A stretch of 61,702 bases of DNA, filler included, from Bacteriovoracaceae bacterium (GTDB lineage: Bacteria; Bdellovibrionota; Bacteriovoracia; Bacteriovoracales; Bacteriovoracaceae): assembly GCA_018649885.1 (NCBI GenBank). It is 5 parts of 5 records of this genome, joined end to end, with 100 filler letters (N's around TTAATTAATTAA, not from the genome) between each part and the next. Parts side by side here need not be neighbours in the genome. Positions count along the whole stretch, not along the records: positions 57,880 to 61,702 come from JABIHA010000109.1; 4 more parts are not named here. One strand, 5' to 3'. Made by a program: the position numbers and the translations under genes. A model generated the notes under the pieces. That model worked only from the letters and a program-made list of their open reading frames with translations. It was not told the DNA's origin and did not search any database. Shown piece by piece: positions 59,467 through 61,702 of the stretch. Position 1 is the first letter of the stretch. Every line of letters starts with the position of its first letter.

Positions 59467-61608
59467 GTGCTAAAGCTAATGAAAAATTTTCTAGTGATGA
59501 TTCTCACCATTCAAATTGGTGTGGGTCTGCAGAGTACGGCCTATGCTGGTACTAATGACGACTCAGGAAGTGGAACGACTACAACTGATGCCAACGGGAA
59601 TAAAACTACTGAGTATAAAGTTGATAATGCTGGTGATGCTCACGGTGCAGGAGCCGTAATATCAGTAATCACAATGCTTTTAAATGTATTTGTTGGTTTG
59701 ACTATTGTATTTAAATGTCAAGCTGTATGGAGTACTACTCCTGATGTTGCTATATATGCTTTTGGGGCCCTTGCTCATATTATTGCTGAACTTGTAACTA
59801 TGATTGTCTATACCATTGCAGTGAAGGATAAAACTCAAATTTATACAAAGAAAGTAACTACTAATACTTATGGTGATTACGATGGACAAATTGAAGCTTT
59901 AAAAACTGCTAGAGATGTCAATAAGCAGGCTGCTAATGCATTAATTGCAAGAGAGATTATCACGGGTGTTTTTACTGCAGTCTATGCAGTTGCTATGGTT
60001 GTACTAATTGTTATGATTGCAAAAAATAAAACTCCAGTTTATGGTTGGATTAATGAGGCAGTGGATAATGCAAAAGAAGCAGCGGCTGGAGCAGCTTGTG
60101 TCGCAGCATCTGCAGCCTCTTATGAAAATCCGAAAGATAGAAAACTTTTTCTAGTCCAGGATGACAAGACACTTTTTAGAGTTCTTGAAAGTAAGGGAAC
60201 TCATTATTTTGATAAAGATTCATTTGAAGAGAAAAAACCTGTTGCTAATATTATTAGGTCTCTTGAATACCAAAGATATATTCAAGGGAAAAATACAAGT
60301 ATGTCAATTGATGATTATGAAGTATACGAAGAAGCCTTTGCAATTTCTAGGCCCCAAGACATAGAGAGTGTCTCTTCAATTTTTAAAACTACAGTAAATT
60401 TATTTTCTCAATTTGTTTTAGCTTCAGCTCATGCAGCTGGGGAAACTACTGGAGACTCAGAAAAATTAACATCAGATGATTATGCTGCAAATGCTGATAG
60501 TGGCCCCAAAGATGAAGACACGGCTAATGGACAATCCTTTGGACAACTCATGGATTCTTTTGGTCCTTCAGTTATCGGTATTGGAGCAGCGGCATTTATG
60601 ATGCTTCAAAAACCTGTCACGGCTGCTGTAACAGCCTTAATGGTCAATCCTTATTCAAGGCTAGGATATTATATTGCATTAATGCTAATAATGACGGCAG
60701 GAAATGTTGTTCTAGGAGTAGAACAAAGTAAAATGCAAAAGCGCCTGAAAACTTACGATAAAATAATCGCAGATCTACAGAAAATGAAAAGTGATGCTGC
60801 TAATAATGACGGGAAAACTACGACCAAAGCCGAGAAAACTAAGCATGATCGAGCTGCGGGCGATGCTGAAGATAAAGACGGTTCAAAAGAGCTTGTAGCA
60901 GACTTTGGTGCCTGTGCCGATGCAAATATGAAAGGGGATGCAGATTGCGAGTGTAAAAAAACAGATTCTTGCTACACCTTAGATGACCAATCGGGATACT
61001 TTAGCGATTTGGACCTGGACTTAGGAAGTATGAAATCAATTGGCTCAACTAAAACAGCAGTTGATGGACTTGCTAAAGGGAAGCTAAGCTCTAGTGATGT
61101 TGGGGGAATAAGTTCATTAAATGCTGCAATAAGAAGAGCAAAAGGTGCACAGGATGAAGCCGAAGGAATGCTTGAAGATCATTATGGAAAACCAGTTTCT
61201 CTTGATTTTAGAAAAGGCCTTGCTCAAGATTCTATCGCAGCCGCTGTAAGAAAGGGAATGAAAGACGCCGGAATTTCAAGCTTTAAAGGCATGGGATTTG
61301 GAAATTTACTTCCAGAAGATGAAAAAATCGATCCCAAAAAGGCCAAAGAAAATTTGAAAAAAGTTATCCAAAAGGTTGAATCTCAGGGGGTAACAGCAAG
61401 TGCAGCTCCCAAGTTAAATTTTGGTTTTGGAAAGAAAAAACGTAAAAGAAAAAGAAAAGCTAGAGCTAGAGGTCCAGTAGATACCGCCAAAGAGCTTTCA
61501 AAATACGAAGTCGATGCAAATGATATCCACAAAGATAATCGAAATCTCTTTGATATCATTCACAATAGATATATCAAGTCCTACACCAAGGTCTTCGAAA
61601 AAGAGTAG
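59467..61608 (+). CDS. secreted multi-TM Cys-motif protein
   Basis: signal peptide ending AYA, several TM segments, CADANMKGDADCECKKTDSC, NDIHKDNRNLFDIIHNRYIKSY. Confidence 0.82.
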   Translation: MLKLMKNFLVMILTIQIGVGLQSTAYAGTNDDSGSGTTTTDANGNKTTEYKVDNAGDAHGAGAVISVITMLLNVFVGLTIVFKCQAVWSTTPDVAIYAFGALAHIIAELVTMIVYTIAVKDKTQIYTKKVTTNTYGDYDGQIEALKTARDVNKQAANALIAREIITGVFTAVYAVAMVVLIVMIAKNKTPVYGWINEAVDNAKEAAAGAACVAASAASYENPKDRKLFLVQDDKTLFRVLESKGTHYFDKDSFEEKKPVANIIRSLEYQRYIQGKNTSMSIDDYEVYEEAFAISRPQDIESVSSIFKTTVNLFSQFVLASAHAAGETTGDSEKLTSDDYAANADSGPKDEDTANGQSFGQLMDSFGPSVIGIGAAAFMMLQKPVTAAVTALMVNPYSRLGYYIALMLIMTAGNVVLGVEQSKMQKRLKTYDKIIADLQKMKSDAANNDGKTTTKAEKTKHDRAAGDAEDKDGSKELVADFGACADANMKGDADCECKKTDSCYTLDDQSGYFSDLDLDLGSMKSIGSTKTAVDGLAKGKLSSSDVGGISSLNAAIRRAKGAQDEAEGMLEDHYGKPVSLDFRKGLAQDSIAAAVRKGMKDAGISSFKGMGFGNLLPEDEKIDPKKAKENLKKVIQKVESQGVTASAAPKLNFGFGKKKRKRKRKARARGPVDTAKELSKYEVDANDIHKDNRNLFDIIHNRYIKSYTKVFEKE

Positions 61609-61646
61609 TTTACTATCCTATTATTATTTAAAAATAATTTATAATT

Positions 61647-61702
61647 GACTCGGACTCGGACTCGGACTCGGACTCGGACTCGGACTCGGACTCGGACTCG
61701 GA
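61647..61702. repeat. (GACTCG)n hexamer microsatellite at the window end
   Basis: about 9 perfect copies; reads (Pro-Ser)n-Gln-Leu-stop on the minus strand. Confidence 0.85.

Noticed and set aside
61647..61702. (GACTCG)n as a functional array
   Set aside because: Simple microsatellite cut by the window end; may be a Pro-Ser tail of an unseen gene

Overview
This window is five contigs joined by artificial 100-nt spacers (N..TTAATTAATTAA..N at 9215-9314, 39681-39780, 44009-44108 and 57780-57879), so genes on either side of a spacer are not necessarily neighbours. Contigs 2-5 look like the chromosome of a low-GC Bdellovibrionota predator, probably Bacteriovoracaceae/Halobacteriovorax-like (inference from gene content and the many Cys-rich secreted orphans). 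They carry ppk2, dsbB/dsbA, a Na/Pi cotransporter, pepD, flagellin, clpS-clpA and rpsA. Contig 1 is an integrative element: tyrosine integrase, Type III R-M mod/res, a C5 methyltransferase and an RHH-like plus AAA_25 replication module. The most unusual structures are: (1) an HNH endonuclease gene enclosed by ~197-bp imperfect inverted repeats with an 80-bp near-identical core; (2) a one-gene cassette bracketed by a ~240-bp duplication of the rpsA 3' end plus terminator; (3) two secreted paralogues with a shared Cys/hydrophobic core and unrelated C-termini, resembling polymorphic effectors, one beside a RAYT transposase; (4) a histone-H1-like Lys/Ala tail joined to PPK2 across an A9 run. Several genes are broken by single-base changes in short homopolymers, which points to sequencing error.
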